The notes below the pieces were generated by a model, which was given only the letters and a program-made list of their open reading frames with translations, did not search any database and had not been told where the DNA came from. This document shows, in pieces, positions 49,866 through 59,078 of a stretch of 64,000 bases of DNA. The stretch's first letter is position 1. Each line of letters opens with the position of its first letter. The position numbers and the translations under genes are program-made. Origin of the DNA: a bacterium (GTDB lineage Bacteria; Krumholzibacteriota; Krumholzibacteriia; G020349025); contig JANLSU010000073.1 in NCBI GenBank assembly GCA_031362565.1, positions 86,555 to 150,554 on the forward strand, in the 5' to 3' direction.

Positions 49866-50432
49866 GTGCGACCGGCAGCGCAGGGTACGCAACGCCTGCT
49901 GGCGGAAGCCGTGCCGGCTGCGGATCTCGACGCGCGCGTCCGTCAGCTTCGCGACCGTGAATGTGCCGCACTCGATGCGTTGCTGCGCCGGGCGCGCACC
50001 GTGCGCGACCCGAACGCCACGTACGATCAGCAACTGACGCGCGGCCAGCGTGTCGCCGACAAGGTCGCGTCCTTCGGCGGTAGTTGGAACTTCATCGGCT
50101 TGTTCATGCTGTTCATGCTCGGATGGCTGGTGCTCAACACCGAGGTCGTACGTTTCGACCCGTTTCCATTCATCCTTTTGAATCTGATTCTGTCGTGCTT
50201 GGCGGCGTTGCAAGCGCCGGTCATCATGATGAGCCAAAATCGCCACGCCGCCAAGGACCGCATCGATGCACAGCACGACTACGAGGTGAACCTGCGTGCC
50301 GAGCTCGAAATCCAAAATCTGCACACGAAGATCGACGCGCACCAGGATACGGCCTGGGTGGAGTTGCTCGAACTGCAACGGCGGCAAATCGCGCTCTTGG
50401 AGGCGATCGCCGCACGGCCCAGCGCCGGCTGA
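49866..50432 (+). CDS. DUF1003 domain membrane protein
   Basis: Motifs ADKVASFGGSW, FDPFPFILLNL, QAPVIMMSQNR and DYEVNLRAE. Confidence 0.85.
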   Translation: MRPAAQGTQRLLAEAVPAADLDARVRQLRDRECAALDALLRRARTVRDPNATYDQQLTRGQRVADKVASFGGSWNFIGLFMLFMLGWLVLNTEVVRFDPFPFILLNLILSCLAALQAPVIMMSQNRHAAKDRIDAQHDYEVNLRAELEIQNLHTKIDAHQDTAWVELLELQRRQIALLEAIAARPSAG

Positions 50433-50462
50433 GCAGCGGCCGTGCGCCCAAGCCCGCCGCGC

Positions 50463-51452
50463 CTACTTCGCCTTGCGGATGTAGACGCTGCCATTGAAGG
50501 TCTGGAAGCGCAGCGTCGCGCCGCCGCCATTCAGCGTGCCGTACATCCCCGTTTCGTAGCCGAACGCCTTCTTACCGCGGCCTGCCGATGGCTCGTCGCT
50601 CGCTTCGGTGCGGGCCTCGGTCTTGAGTTCGAAATCGGTGTAGATCTCGCCATTGTCGGAGCGAATCTTCACCGTCGCCTTGGCATCGGCCGGCAGCGTG
50701 ACATCGATGTCACCGTTCATCGAGCTGAAGGAACTCGGGCGGTCGGTGGCGAGGCTGACGAAGGTCGCCACGACGTCGCCATTCAGTGCATGCGCCACCA
50801 CGGGACCGGTGACGCGGGTCAGGGTGACGCGGCCATTGGTGTTTTGAGCCTCGATCTCGCCGTGCAAGTTGCGGATCACGATGTCGCCGTCGTTGACGGT
50901 CTGCAGATGCACGCTGCTGTTCACCGGAACTTTGATATCGAGATCGACGGTGCGGTTGTGCCATGGCCCGTTGACCTTGACGACGTTGTCGTCTTCCTCC
51001 ACCGAGAGTCCGCTGCTCAAATTGGGGACCCGGCGCAGGCCGCGGGCGCGATTCTCCGGGTCCGAGTTCAGGTCCGGATCGCTCGTGGCGTCGGTGTTGG
51101 TCTTGCCCTTGGACTTGTATTTGCGTTCGCGATCCCGTTCACGGCGCTCCTGCTCGCGTTCCCGGTCGCGCTCGAGCCGTGCCTGCTCGCGCTCCTGCTC
51201 TTGGATGGTCTGGTCTTCCTCGTCGTCATCGCGCATCCGCGGGTCGATGAGGACTTCCTTGCCGTCATAACCCGTGACGATAATGCTGCCGGCAAGGATT
51301 CCAACCTGCAGGTTTGCCGGCCGGGCCGGATTGCTGAGCGGCACCGTGATCCGGTTGCTGTTCGTCGACTGCTGCGGCTGGGCTGCAGCAACTGCGGCAA
51401 CGAAACAGAGGATCACCCAGGTCCAAACGCCGGAAAACCGCCACGATCGCAT
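50463..51452 (-). CDS. DUF4097-family beta-strand repeat (adhesin-like) exported protein
   Basis: Repeated T.NG.I/V motifs (TVNDGDI, NTNGRV, ALNGDV, SMNGDI, TFNGSV); signal peptide. Confidence 0.82.
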   Translation of the reverse strand: MRSWRFSGVWTWVILCFVAAVAAAQPQQSTNSNRITVPLSNPARPANLQVGILAGSIIVTGYDGKEVLIDPRMRDDDEEDQTIQEQEREQARLERDREREQERRERDRERKYKSKGKTNTDATSDPDLNSDPENRARGLRRVPNLSSGLSVEEDDNVVKVNGPWHNRTVDLDIKVPVNSSVHLQTVNDGDIVIRNLHGEIEAQNTNGRVTLTRVTGPVVAHALNGDVVATFVSLATDRPSSFSSMNGDIDVTLPADAKATVKIRSDNGEIYTDFELKTEARTEASDEPSAGRGKKAFGYETGMYGTLNGGGATLRFQTFNGSVYIRKAK

Positions 51453-51462
51453 TGCCTCTCCT

Positions 51463-52281
51463 TCACATGGTGAGTTGCTGTAGAGCCCACCGCGCCCGCT
51501 CGCGCACGGTGCGATTGCGGCGACTGTCGGCCAAGATCTCTTGCAGAAGCGGCTGCGCACGCGAGTCGTGCCGCCGGACGAGCGCATCGATGAGCGCCAC
51601 TTGGACGAGTGGCGAAGGCTGCTTGCCGAGCGCCTCGACCAAACGTGGTCCGAGGGCCGCATCGTCCCGCACGGTGCTCAGAGCATCGACCGCCGCCAAA
51701 CGGACGTCGACACTCGGGTCGGACGCGAGCGTTTCGAACAAGGCATCGAGCACGGCGGCATCGGGTGTATCGGTGCGGGCGCTGAAGCCGATGCCTTGCA
51801 AACGGTCGGCAGGCGAACGCTGTTGCAGAAGCGACAGGGCCATCATCGAGCGCGTGGATTGCAATTCGTGGCGCAGCGCCTGCATGTCGCTGCCGCGCAT
51901 CGTCACCCACGTGCCGGCACCGAACCCCAAGACGAGGAGGGCGAGTGCGCCGCCCCATTGGGCGGGCCGCGGTGTGGCGAGGAGACCGGCGAGCCAGCCA
52001 CGCATCCGGCCGATGTTGCTCGCGCGGCGCGCGGTGCCGGCCGCGGCGTCGGTCCAGCCGGCCATGAGCGCCTCGAAACGGGCCCGCAGCATGGGGCTTG
52101 GTTGGGCGTCGGGTAGCGCGCCCAGCTCCGACCACAAGGACGTCAATGACTCGGTCGCGTCGCGGCAGGCGGCGCAGGCGGCGAGATGTGCCGCGAGCGC
52201 CGCGTCGGTGCCGGCAACCTCCTCGCCGGCCAATTGCGCCACGAAGCGCTCGGTGGCTTGTTCGCAGTTCACGCTTCGCAT
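51463..52281 (-). CDS. Zinc-finger (ZAS) anti-sigma factor with a TM and HEAT-repeat domain
   Basis: HLAACAAC, a TM helix, DPSVDVRLAAVDAL and SPLVQVALID. Confidence 0.85.
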   Translation of the reverse strand: MRSVNCEQATERFVAQLAGEEVAGTDAALAAHLAACAACRDATESLTSLWSELGALPDAQPSPMLRARFEALMAGWTDAAAGTARRASNIGRMRGWLAGLLATPRPAQWGGALALLVLGFGAGTWVTMRGSDMQALRHELQSTRSMMALSLLQQRSPADRLQGIGFSARTDTPDAAVLDALFETLASDPSVDVRLAAVDALSTVRDDAALGPRLVEALGKQPSPLVQVALIDALVRRHDSRAQPLLQEILADSRRNRTVRERARWALQQLTM

Positions 52282-52297
52282 CCTTCCACTGTTTCGT

Positions 52298-52858
52298 TCA
52301 GACTCGGCGCTCGCGCACCATCTGCCGGTAGATGTCGCGCAATTCCTTGATGGCGCGGTGCACGCGCACTTTCACGGTGCCTTCCGTGCATCCCAGCACC
52401 CGGCCGATTTCCTCGTACCGCATCTCGTGATAGCGCGACAGCACGAGCACCTCACGCTTGTCGCCCGGCAGCCGGTCGAGCGCCGCACGCAAAAGGGCCG
52501 CATCCTGCGCGGTCTCCAAGAGATCGCTCGCCATCGGACCCAGGCTCGGAAGTGCGGCCGCCTTGTCGTCGGCAAGCTCCGTCTCGCGCCACCGCTTGCG
52601 ATAGTGGTCGGCGCGCGCGGTGCGCGCGATCTGGTAAAGCCACGTGCGGAATTGTCCTTGGCCGCGATACGTGTGGCGGTATTTCAGAACGCGCAAGAAG
52701 ACTTCTTGGACGAGATCCTCGCTGATGGCCGCGCGGCCGGTGAGCCGCAGGAAGAAGTTGTACAGCGGCACCTGGTGGCGTTCGAAAAGCGCCCCCAGCG
52801 GCGCGACGTCGCCGTCACGCACCTGCACCATCAACTCGTCGTCCGTCGCTTCGGTCAC
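52298..52858 (-). CDS. ECF RNA polymerase sigma factor
   Basis: Motifs EDLVQEVF, FRTWLYQIAR, YEEIG and GTVKVRVHRA. Confidence 0.92.
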   Translation of the reverse strand: MTEATDDELMVQVRDGDVAPLGALFERHQVPLYNFFLRLTGRAAISEDLVQEVFLRVLKYRHTYRGQGQFRTWLYQIARTARADHYRKRWRETELADDKAAALPSLGPMASDLLETAQDAALLRAALDRLPGDKREVLVLSRYHEMRYEEIGRVLGCTEGTVKVRVHRAIKELRDIYRQMVRERRV

Positions 52859-52906
52859 GCGCTCAGGGCCTCGCGAGGGTCGTCTGTTCGGTCTCTCCAA
52901 CCATGT

Positions 52907-52933
52907 CAACCGCTGTGGAACCGAAAGGTTACA
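52907..52933 (-). promoter_or_regulatory. Candidate autoregulatory ECF promoter
   Basis: Minus strand TGTAACC-N16-GTTG about 50 bp upstream of the sigma start. Confidence 0.45.
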
Positions 52934-52994
52934 GACTGGCGCCGGGAGCGGAAGGCCCGCGGCGCGCCGGGGAGCCCAAGGGCCTCCCGCGCCT

Positions 52995-53630
52995 TCAGAG
53001 ACGGGCCAGACGGAGCGTGAGCCGGACCGCGAAGGCCAGCATGAGGAGTCCGGTCGCCCCCTGGGTCACCAGTTGCCAGACGGGCGTCGCGAAGCGCGCT
53101 CCCCAGCGCACCGTGCTGCAGAGCACGAATCCCCACAGGCAGGCGCCGCTCACGACCCCGGTGGCAATACAGATCGAACCGCCCACGCCATGAGTCGAGC
53201 CGGCCTGGGCCCCGATCACCGCGAACCAAAACGCGATGTTCCAAGGGCTCGAGAGTGCGAGTCCCAAGCCCAGGAGATAGCCGCCGCGCACACTCTGCAA
53301 ACGGCGTGGTTCCGGGAGTGGCGCACCGCGTCGCAAGGCCTGGACGCATTGCCACGCGGCGCGGAGAAAGGTCGCTGCGAGTACTAGGAGCAGGCACAAG
53401 CTCACGGCGCCCAGCGCCCGCTGAATTCCGGGCACGCCAGCCAGCGCGCCCGCTCCGAGTGAGACTGCGAGCGCCCAAGAAAAATCACCGGTGCAGGCCC
53501 CGAGTCCGAGCGCATACGCCGGCCAAAACCCGCGCGTCAGCGCGCGGCGCACCATCTCGGCGTTGATGGGCCCGGGCGGCCAGGCGACCGACCAGCCGAG
53601 CAAGAGTCCCTGCAGAAAGAGCGGCAGCAT
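52995..53630 (-). CDS. LysE family translocator
   Basis: PPGPINA, GLGACTGD and LSSPWNIAFW; hydrophobic, about 211 aa. Confidence 0.85.
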   Translation of the reverse strand: MLPLFLQGLLLGWSVAWPPGPINAEMVRRALTRGFWPAYALGLGACTGDFSWALAVSLGAGALAGVPGIQRALGAVSLCLLLVLAATFLRAAWQCVQALRRGAPLPEPRRLQSVRGGYLLGLGLALSSPWNIAFWFAVIGAQAGSTHGVGGSICIATGVVSGACLWGFVLCSTVRWGARFATPVWQLVTQGATGLLMLAFAVRLTLRLARL

Positions 53631-53641
53631 GGCGTGGTGAT

Positions 53642-53770
53642 CTACGGGCGGCACGATTCGAACAACTCCGCCAGATACTGCTTCCACACCGCGGCCCACG
53701 TCTGCGTCCCGTGGCCGCGGGTTTGATCGCTCACCGGCAGCAAGACGAGATGGAATCGTTGCCCGCGCAT
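53642..53770 (-). pseudogene. 42-aa ORF resembling the extreme C-terminus of homoserine-acetyltransferase-like alpha/beta hydrolases
   Basis: LVLLPVSDQTRGHGTQTWAAVWKQYLAEL; GGGGAGG SD before ATG 53770. Confidence 0.5.
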
Positions 53771-53835
53771 GGCGTGAGCCTCCCCGGAGCCGAATCGCCG
53801 CGCGTTGGTGGTTGCGGCGCCCGAGGATACCGCAT

Positions 53836-55305
53836 TCAGCCGCGCACCGGTTCGGCCAGCGCGGCGCGCGCCATAGCGCGCAACATGCCGGCGAAAACGT
53901 ATTGATGAATCAGCCAGAGTGAATACCAGTAGATGAGGCCGCCGAGACCGTTGGGGTCGAAGAGCGCCGTTTGGCGCAGCGTGCTGCCGGCACCGCCATC
54001 CGAATCGATCTCGAACTGCAGCCACGCCCGCCCCGGCAGGCGCATTTCCGCCGCCAGTCGCAGCAGGCGGTTGTCTTCGACGGCTTCAACGCGCCACCAG
54101 TCCACCGTATCCCCGGTCCGCAAGTGTTGCGGGTCGCCTCTGCCGCGGCGCATTCCGGCGCCACCCGCCAAGAGGTCGAGGAATCCCCGCAGCCGCCACC
54201 AGGCATTGCCGTGATACCAGCCGCGATCGCCGCCGACGCGGCACACCACCGCAAAAACCGTTGCCGGCGATGCGGCGATCCGCAGCCGGCGTGAATCAAC
54301 GAGCCGTGAGCCCTGCTTGGTGCCGCCGTACGCGGTCGATCGCGCCACCGACGACAGCGCGTCGGACCAACGGGTGGCCGCGAACTCGCGATCCTCGTTG
54401 CGGAGCGCACGCGCGATGGCGTCCTGGACGCCGCGCGGGCGCACCGCGAAGACTTCGAGCGCCCGCGGATCGCGCACCACGGTCGGATTCCGCACGCCGT
54501 CGATCAGCGCCCGGCCGACGCGCGCGTAGAGCGGCGTGATCAAACCAAGCCACAGACTCGAGAGCCATGGCGTCAAGACCGGTACCGGCACGATGAGCCG
54601 GCGCAGGCCTTTCTGGCGGCCATATTCGCGCATGAGTTCGGCGTAGGTCACGACGTCGCGCCCGCCGATCTCGAAGACCTCGCTCGTGCCACCCGCGAAG
54701 TCCAGAGCCTCGATCAGATAGGTGATGAGATCCTCGATGGCGATGGGCTGAGTCGGGGTTCGGACCCAGCGCGGCGTCGTCATGACCGGCAGCTTCTCGA
54801 CCAGATTGCGCACCATCTCGAACGACGCGCTGCCCGAGCCGATAACGATGGAAGCGCGGAACTCGAGCGTCGGAACGCCGGATTCGCGCAGAATGCGTCC
54901 GACCTCTTGGCGGCTGGCGAGATGCGGCGAAAGATCGGCACCATGCCCGAGGCCGCCGAGATAAATGATGCGGCGCACCCCGGCGCGCCGCGCCGCGCTG
55001 CCAAAGGCGGTCGCTGCAGCGCGGTCCTCGGCCTCGAACGCACCACCGGCAGCCATGGAGTGCACGAGGTAGTACGCGGTTCCGACGCCGGCGAGCGCCC
55101 GGTCGAGAGATGGTCCGTCGAGCACGTCGCCCTGCACGACCTCGGTGCCGGCCGACAAGCGCGACAGCAACCACTCCGGCCGGCGGGCCATACAACGCAG
55201 GCGAACGCCCTGACGCTCGAGAGCGAGCGCCAGGCGTCCGCCAATGTACCCCGTGGCGCCAGTGAGCAGCACGAGATCCGGGGCGTTTGGACCCTGTTCA
55301 CTCAT
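53836..55305 (-). CDS. Atypical SDR/NAD(P)-binding oxidoreductase with DUF2867 (YbjT-like)
   Basis: Motifs TGATGYIG, YYLVHSM, GSGSASFE, LAAEMRLPGRAWL and F.P.GLGG..YW. Confidence 0.88.
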   Translation of the reverse strand: MSEQGPNAPDLVLLTGATGYIGGRLALALERQGVRLRCMARRPEWLLSRLSAGTEVVQGDVLDGPSLDRALAGVGTAYYLVHSMAAGGAFEAEDRAAATAFGSAARRAGVRRIIYLGGLGHGADLSPHLASRQEVGRILRESGVPTLEFRASIVIGSGSASFEMVRNLVEKLPVMTTPRWVRTPTQPIAIEDLITYLIEALDFAGGTSEVFEIGGRDVVTYAELMREYGRQKGLRRLIVPVPVLTPWLSSLWLGLITPLYARVGRALIDGVRNPTVVRDPRALEVFAVRPRGVQDAIARALRNEDREFAATRWSDALSSVARSTAYGGTKQGSRLVDSRRLRIAASPATVFAVVCRVGGDRGWYHGNAWWRLRGFLDLLAGGAGMRRGRGDPQHLRTGDTVDWWRVEAVEDNRLLRLAAEMRLPGRAWLQFEIDSDGGAGSTLRQTALFDPNGLGGLIYWYSLWLIHQYVFAGMLRAMARAALAEPVRG

Positions 55306-55334
55306 GGCAACCCACCAGTACACCCAAGGTGCAG

Positions 55335-55556
55335 TTACTTCGGAAGAATCACCGTGTCAATGACGTGGATGACGCCATTGCTGCAGGCGATGTCGGTCTT
55401 GACGACGGTCGCATTGTCGATCAGGACCGCGCCGTCCTTGGTCGTCACAGTGACCGACTGGCCGTTCACCGTCTTGGCGGACTTCTGGCCGGCAACGTCC
55501 TTCGCCATCACCAGACCCGGAACGACATGATACGTCAGCACCGCGGTGCTTCGCAC
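55335..55556 (-). pseudogene. 5'-truncated fasciclin (FAS1) domain gene
   Basis: Has VLTYHVVPG and [15 protein letters not shown] but lacks the signal peptide and the H1 TVFAPT motif; only about 25 bp separate it from the DUF378 stop. Confidence 0.75.
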
Positions 55557-55580
55557 GATCGCCGCGGCGCCGGATGGCGC

Positions 55581-55820
55581 TCAGCGCGAGGCCGCGACCG
55601 CGACACCGTGCCAGCGGCGCTGAATGCCCTTCCACGCCAGACCCTGATAGACGCCGGACAGGCCGACGAGGCCGTAGACCACCGCGGATAAGGCGGACGT
55701 TTCCCCGAACCGCATCCCAAAGAGCGTCGCCACCAGGTCGAACTTCGCGATCGCGATCAGTCCCCAGTTGAGGGCGCCGACGATGACGAGTACGGCAGCC
55801 GGGACATCGAGTCTTTTCAT
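55581..55820 (-). CDS. DUF378 family small membrane protein
   Basis: LVIVGALNWGL, FDLVATLFG and VYGLVGLSG; AAGGAG SD. Confidence 0.9.
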   Translation of the reverse strand: MKRLDVPAAVLVIVGALNWGLIAIAKFDLVATLFGMRFGETSALSAVVYGLVGLSGVYQGLAWKGIQRRWHGVAVAASR

Positions 55821-55931
55821 CGCCTTCTCCTTCGCGTTCGAGTCGCCGGTTTTCGGCCCGGGGTCCTTTGAGTCTTCTTCCCGTGCGCGGCGCGACCGGC
55901 GCCGCACCGGCTCCAGATTCGATGCAAAAGC

Positions 55932-55987
55932 GTTTGAGCACAATGCAAATATGCTCTAAATTCAAGTGGGTTTGAGTGTAATGCAAA
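55932..55987. promoter_or_regulatory. Tandem operator GTTTGAG-N3-AATGCAAA (two copies) between divergent DUF378 and XRE genes
   Basis: Copies at 55932-55949 and 55970-55987, each an imperfect palindrome TTTG...CAAA, in an AT-rich island. Confidence 0.7.
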
Positions 55988-56050
55988 GCGGGCCGGACGA
56001 ATTGCCCGCCAAGCAAAACGGCCCGCGACGACTCGAAAGGATCTCCGGCC

Positions 56051-56638
56051 ATGGCGACTGAGACTCTCAGTGAGGGACTGGCGGCCTACGCCGTCGGCGA
56101 CAAGATTCGCGCTCTGCGCCTCAAGAAAAAGATGGGACTCGTGCAGCTCGGCCAACACACCGGGATGTCACCGGCCATGTTGTCGCGCATCGAGCGTGGC
56201 CGGCTGTTTCCGACCTTGCCGACGCTGCTCCGCATCGCGCTCGTCTTTGGAGTTGGACTCGAAACCTTCTTCGCGAAGGATCGCGAACGCCGGCGCGTGG
56301 CGATCGTGCGGCGCGGCGAACGGCAGCGCTTCGCCGACGATCCCGCCGGCAAGAACGTCAGTTATCACTTCGAGTCGCTGGACTTCGCGGCGCTCGACCG
56401 CAAGCTCAATGCCTACTACGCCGACTTCGAGGCGATGCCGCCGGGATGGGCGCGCACGCACGTGCATCCGGGTGCCGAGTTCATTCACGTCTTGCAGGGA
56501 AGGCTGGGAATCTTCTTGGACGAGGAAGAACAGACTCTCGATGCAGGTGATTCGATCTACTTCGATTCGAGCCAGCCGCACGGCTACCGCCGCATCGGTG
56601 CGGCGCCGTGCAACGCCCTCGTCGTGACGGTGCTCTAG
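56051..56638 (+). CDS. XRE-family HTH regulator with a C-terminal cupin domain
   Basis: LSRIERG..FPTLPTL.RIA; HVHPGAEF, GDSIYFDS..PH. Confidence 0.9.
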   Translation: MATETLSEGLAAYAVGDKIRALRLKKKMGLVQLGQHTGMSPAMLSRIERGRLFPTLPTLLRIALVFGVGLETFFAKDRERRRVAIVRRGERQRFADDPAGKNVSYHFESLDFAALDRKLNAYYADFEAMPPGWARTHVHPGAEFIHVLQGRLGIFLDEEEQTLDAGDSIYFDSSQPHGYRRIGAAPCNALVVTVL

Positions 56639-56729
56639 GCTCCGCGTGGACAGCTTTGACGCTAGGATGCTAGGGTATCGGCACTCATTTGGTTTCCGTT
56701 CGTACCCCTCGAGTTCCCGGAGACCCCAC

Positions 56730-59069
56730 ATGCGCCCGATTTCGAAGTCCGCCGCGCTCGCGATCGCCCTTGCCGCCGCTCTGGCCACCCGCCCTTGGGA
56801 CCCGGCCGCCGCCGCGCCGCAGGCCCCGGCTTCGGAACCCGCGCCCGCGGCTGCAAGGACGGCGCCGGCAAAGCTGACCGGCTTCGTGGGCCCGGCCGCG
56901 GTTGCCGACGAGCGCGCCCTCGAGGCCCGTTTCGATGCGTCGCTGCGGCGCGAAAATCTGCGCGACTGGATGCAGCACATCGCCGCGCGCCCGCACCACA
57001 TTGGGTCGCCCTATGGCGAGCAAAATGCCCAGTTCATCGCTGGGCTGTTCCGGTCCTGGGGTTACGACACGCAGATCGAAACGTTCTCAGTGCTCTTTCC
57101 AACGCCGACCCTCCGCAAGCTCGAGATGATCGCGCCGCAGCACTTCACGGCGGCGTTGCGCGAGCCGGCGGTAGCCGAAGACGCAACGTCGAGCCAAAGC
57201 AAGGAACAATTGCCGCCGTTCAACGCCTACTCCATCGACGGCGACGTGACGGGCGATCTGGTGTACGTGAACTATGGCGTGCCGGCGGACTACGAGGAAC
57301 TCGACCGGCGCGGCATCGATGTGCGCGGTAAAATCGTGATCGCGCGCTACGGTGGTTCGTGGCGCGGCATCAAGCCCAAGGTCGCCGCCGAACATGGCGC
57401 GCTCGGCTGCATCATCTATTCGGATCCGCACGAGGACGGTTACTTCCAGGGCGACGTGTACCCGAAGGGCGGCTATCGCAACGAGAATAGCGCCCAGCGC
57501 GGTTCGGTTGCTGACATGCCGTCCTACGCCGGCGATCCACTCACTCCGGGCATCGGCGCGACGGCGGATGCAAAGCGTCTCGACCGCAAGGACGCTGCCA
57601 CACTCACCAAGATCCCGGTGCTGCCGATTTCCTATGCGGATGCGTTGCCGCTCTTGAAGGCCCTGGGCGGCGCGCTCGCGCCCGAGGCCTGGCGCGGCTC
57701 GTTGCCGGTGACGTATCACACCGGCCCCGGGCCGGCGCGGGTGCACTTGCAACTCGCATTCGACTGGCGCATGGTGCCGGCGCGCGACGTCATCGCGCGT
57801 TTGCCCGGCGCCGAGCTGCCCGACCAGTGGATCGTGCGCGGCAATCACTACGATGCTTGGGTGAATGGCGCGACCGACCCGGTGAGCGGACTCGTGGCGC
57901 TTCTCGAAGAAGCGCGCGCCACGGGCGAATTGGCGAAGTCCGGCTGGCGGCCGCGCCGCACGATCGTTTATGCCGCATGGGACGGCGAAGAACCCGGGCT
58001 GCTCGGATCTACCGAATGGTGCGAGACCCACGCCGCCGAGCTGCGTGACAAGGCGGCGGTGTACATCAATTCCGACAGCAATTCGCGCGGCTTTCTCGAG
58101 GTGGGCGGTTCGCACACCCTGGAAGCCTTCGTGAACGAAGTCGGGCGTGACGTCATCGATCCGGAGAAGAAGATCGACGTGATGGCGCGCGCCAAGGCGA
58201 GCATCATCATGGATGGACGCCCCGAGGACCGCCAAGACGCCCGGACCCGGCCCGACCTGCGCATCCGCGCCTTGGGCTCGGGATCGGACTACAGTCCGTT
58301 TCTGCAACATTTGGGAATTGCGGCGATCAACCTGGGTTACGGCGGCGAGGAAGAATACGGCCAGTATCACTCGATCTACGACAGCTTCGATCACTACCGG
58401 CGCTTTGGCGATCCCAACTTCGACTACGGCATTGCTTTAGCACAGACGGGCGGGCGGCTCGTGTTACGTTTGGCGAACGCCACTCTGCTGCCGCTGCAAT
58501 TCGCCGGCTCCACGGACGCCATCGAACGGTATGTGAAGGAAGTCGTCAAGCTGGCCGACGACATGCGTGCGGCGAGCGAAGAGAAGAACCGGCGCATCAG
58601 TGATGGCACGTTCACGGCGTACGACGATCCCAAGCTCACCTTCGTCGTGCCGAAGCCGGACGATGCGGTGCCGTATCTCGAGTTCTCGACGCTGCAGAAC
58701 GCGTCGGCGCATGTGGCCACGAGCGCCAAGAATTACGACCGGGTGCTGAAGCGCCAGGCGGACTCGGGGCAAGCGCCGGCACACGAGATCTGTGCTGCAC
58801 TGGATCGGTTGCTCATGCAAGCCGAGCGGGTGTTGACGCGGCCCGAGGGATTGCCGCGGCGTCCGTGGTACATTCACTACGTGTACGCCCCCGGGTTCTA
58901 CACCGGCTATGGCGTCAAGACCCTGCCCGCCGTGCGCGAAGCCATCGAGCAGCGCAAATGGCAAGAAGCCAATACCCAGATCGTCACGACCGCAGGCGTG
59001 CTCGAGGCCTTCGCGGCGCAGATCGACCGCGCCACGGCACAGCTCGAGCCGAACACCGCCAGCCGCTGA
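56730..59069 (+). CDS. M28 peptidase, glutamate carboxypeptidase II/NAALADase-like (PA and TfR-dimer domains)
   Basis: Motifs VYVNYG, GNHYDAW, GATDPVSG, WDGEEPGLLGSTEW, GSGSDY and YHSIYD. Confidence 0.92.
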   Translation: MRPISKSAALAIALAAALATRPWDPAAAAPQAPASEPAPAAARTAPAKLTGFVGPAAVADERALEARFDASLRRENLRDWMQHIAARPHHIGSPYGEQNAQFIAGLFRSWGYDTQIETFSVLFPTPTLRKLEMIAPQHFTAALREPAVAEDATSSQSKEQLPPFNAYSIDGDVTGDLVYVNYGVPADYEELDRRGIDVRGKIVIARYGGSWRGIKPKVAAEHGALGCIIYSDPHEDGYFQGDVYPKGGYRNENSAQRGSVADMPSYAGDPLTPGIGATADAKRLDRKDAATLTKIPVLPISYADALPLLKALGGALAPEAWRGSLPVTYHTGPGPARVHLQLAFDWRMVPARDVIARLPGAELPDQWIVRGNHYDAWVNGATDPVSGLVALLEEARATGELAKSGWRPRRTIVYAAWDGEEPGLLGSTEWCETHAAELRDKAAVYINSDSNSRGFLEVGGSHTLEAFVNEVGRDVIDPEKKIDVMARAKASIIMDGRPEDRQDARTRPDLRIRALGSGSDYSPFLQHLGIAAINLGYGGEEEYGQYHSIYDSFDHYRRFGDPNFDYGIALAQTGGRLVLRLANATLLPLQFAGSTDAIERYVKEVVKLADDMRAASEEKNRRISDGTFTAYDDPKLTFVVPKPDDAVPYLEFSTLQNASAHVATSAKNYDRVLKRQADSGQAPAHEICAALDRLLMQAERVLTRPEGLPRRPWYIHYVYAPGFYTGYGVKTLPAVREAIEQRKWQEANTQIVTTAGVLEAFAAQIDRATAQLEPNTASR

Positions 59070-59078
59070 GCGATCGAT

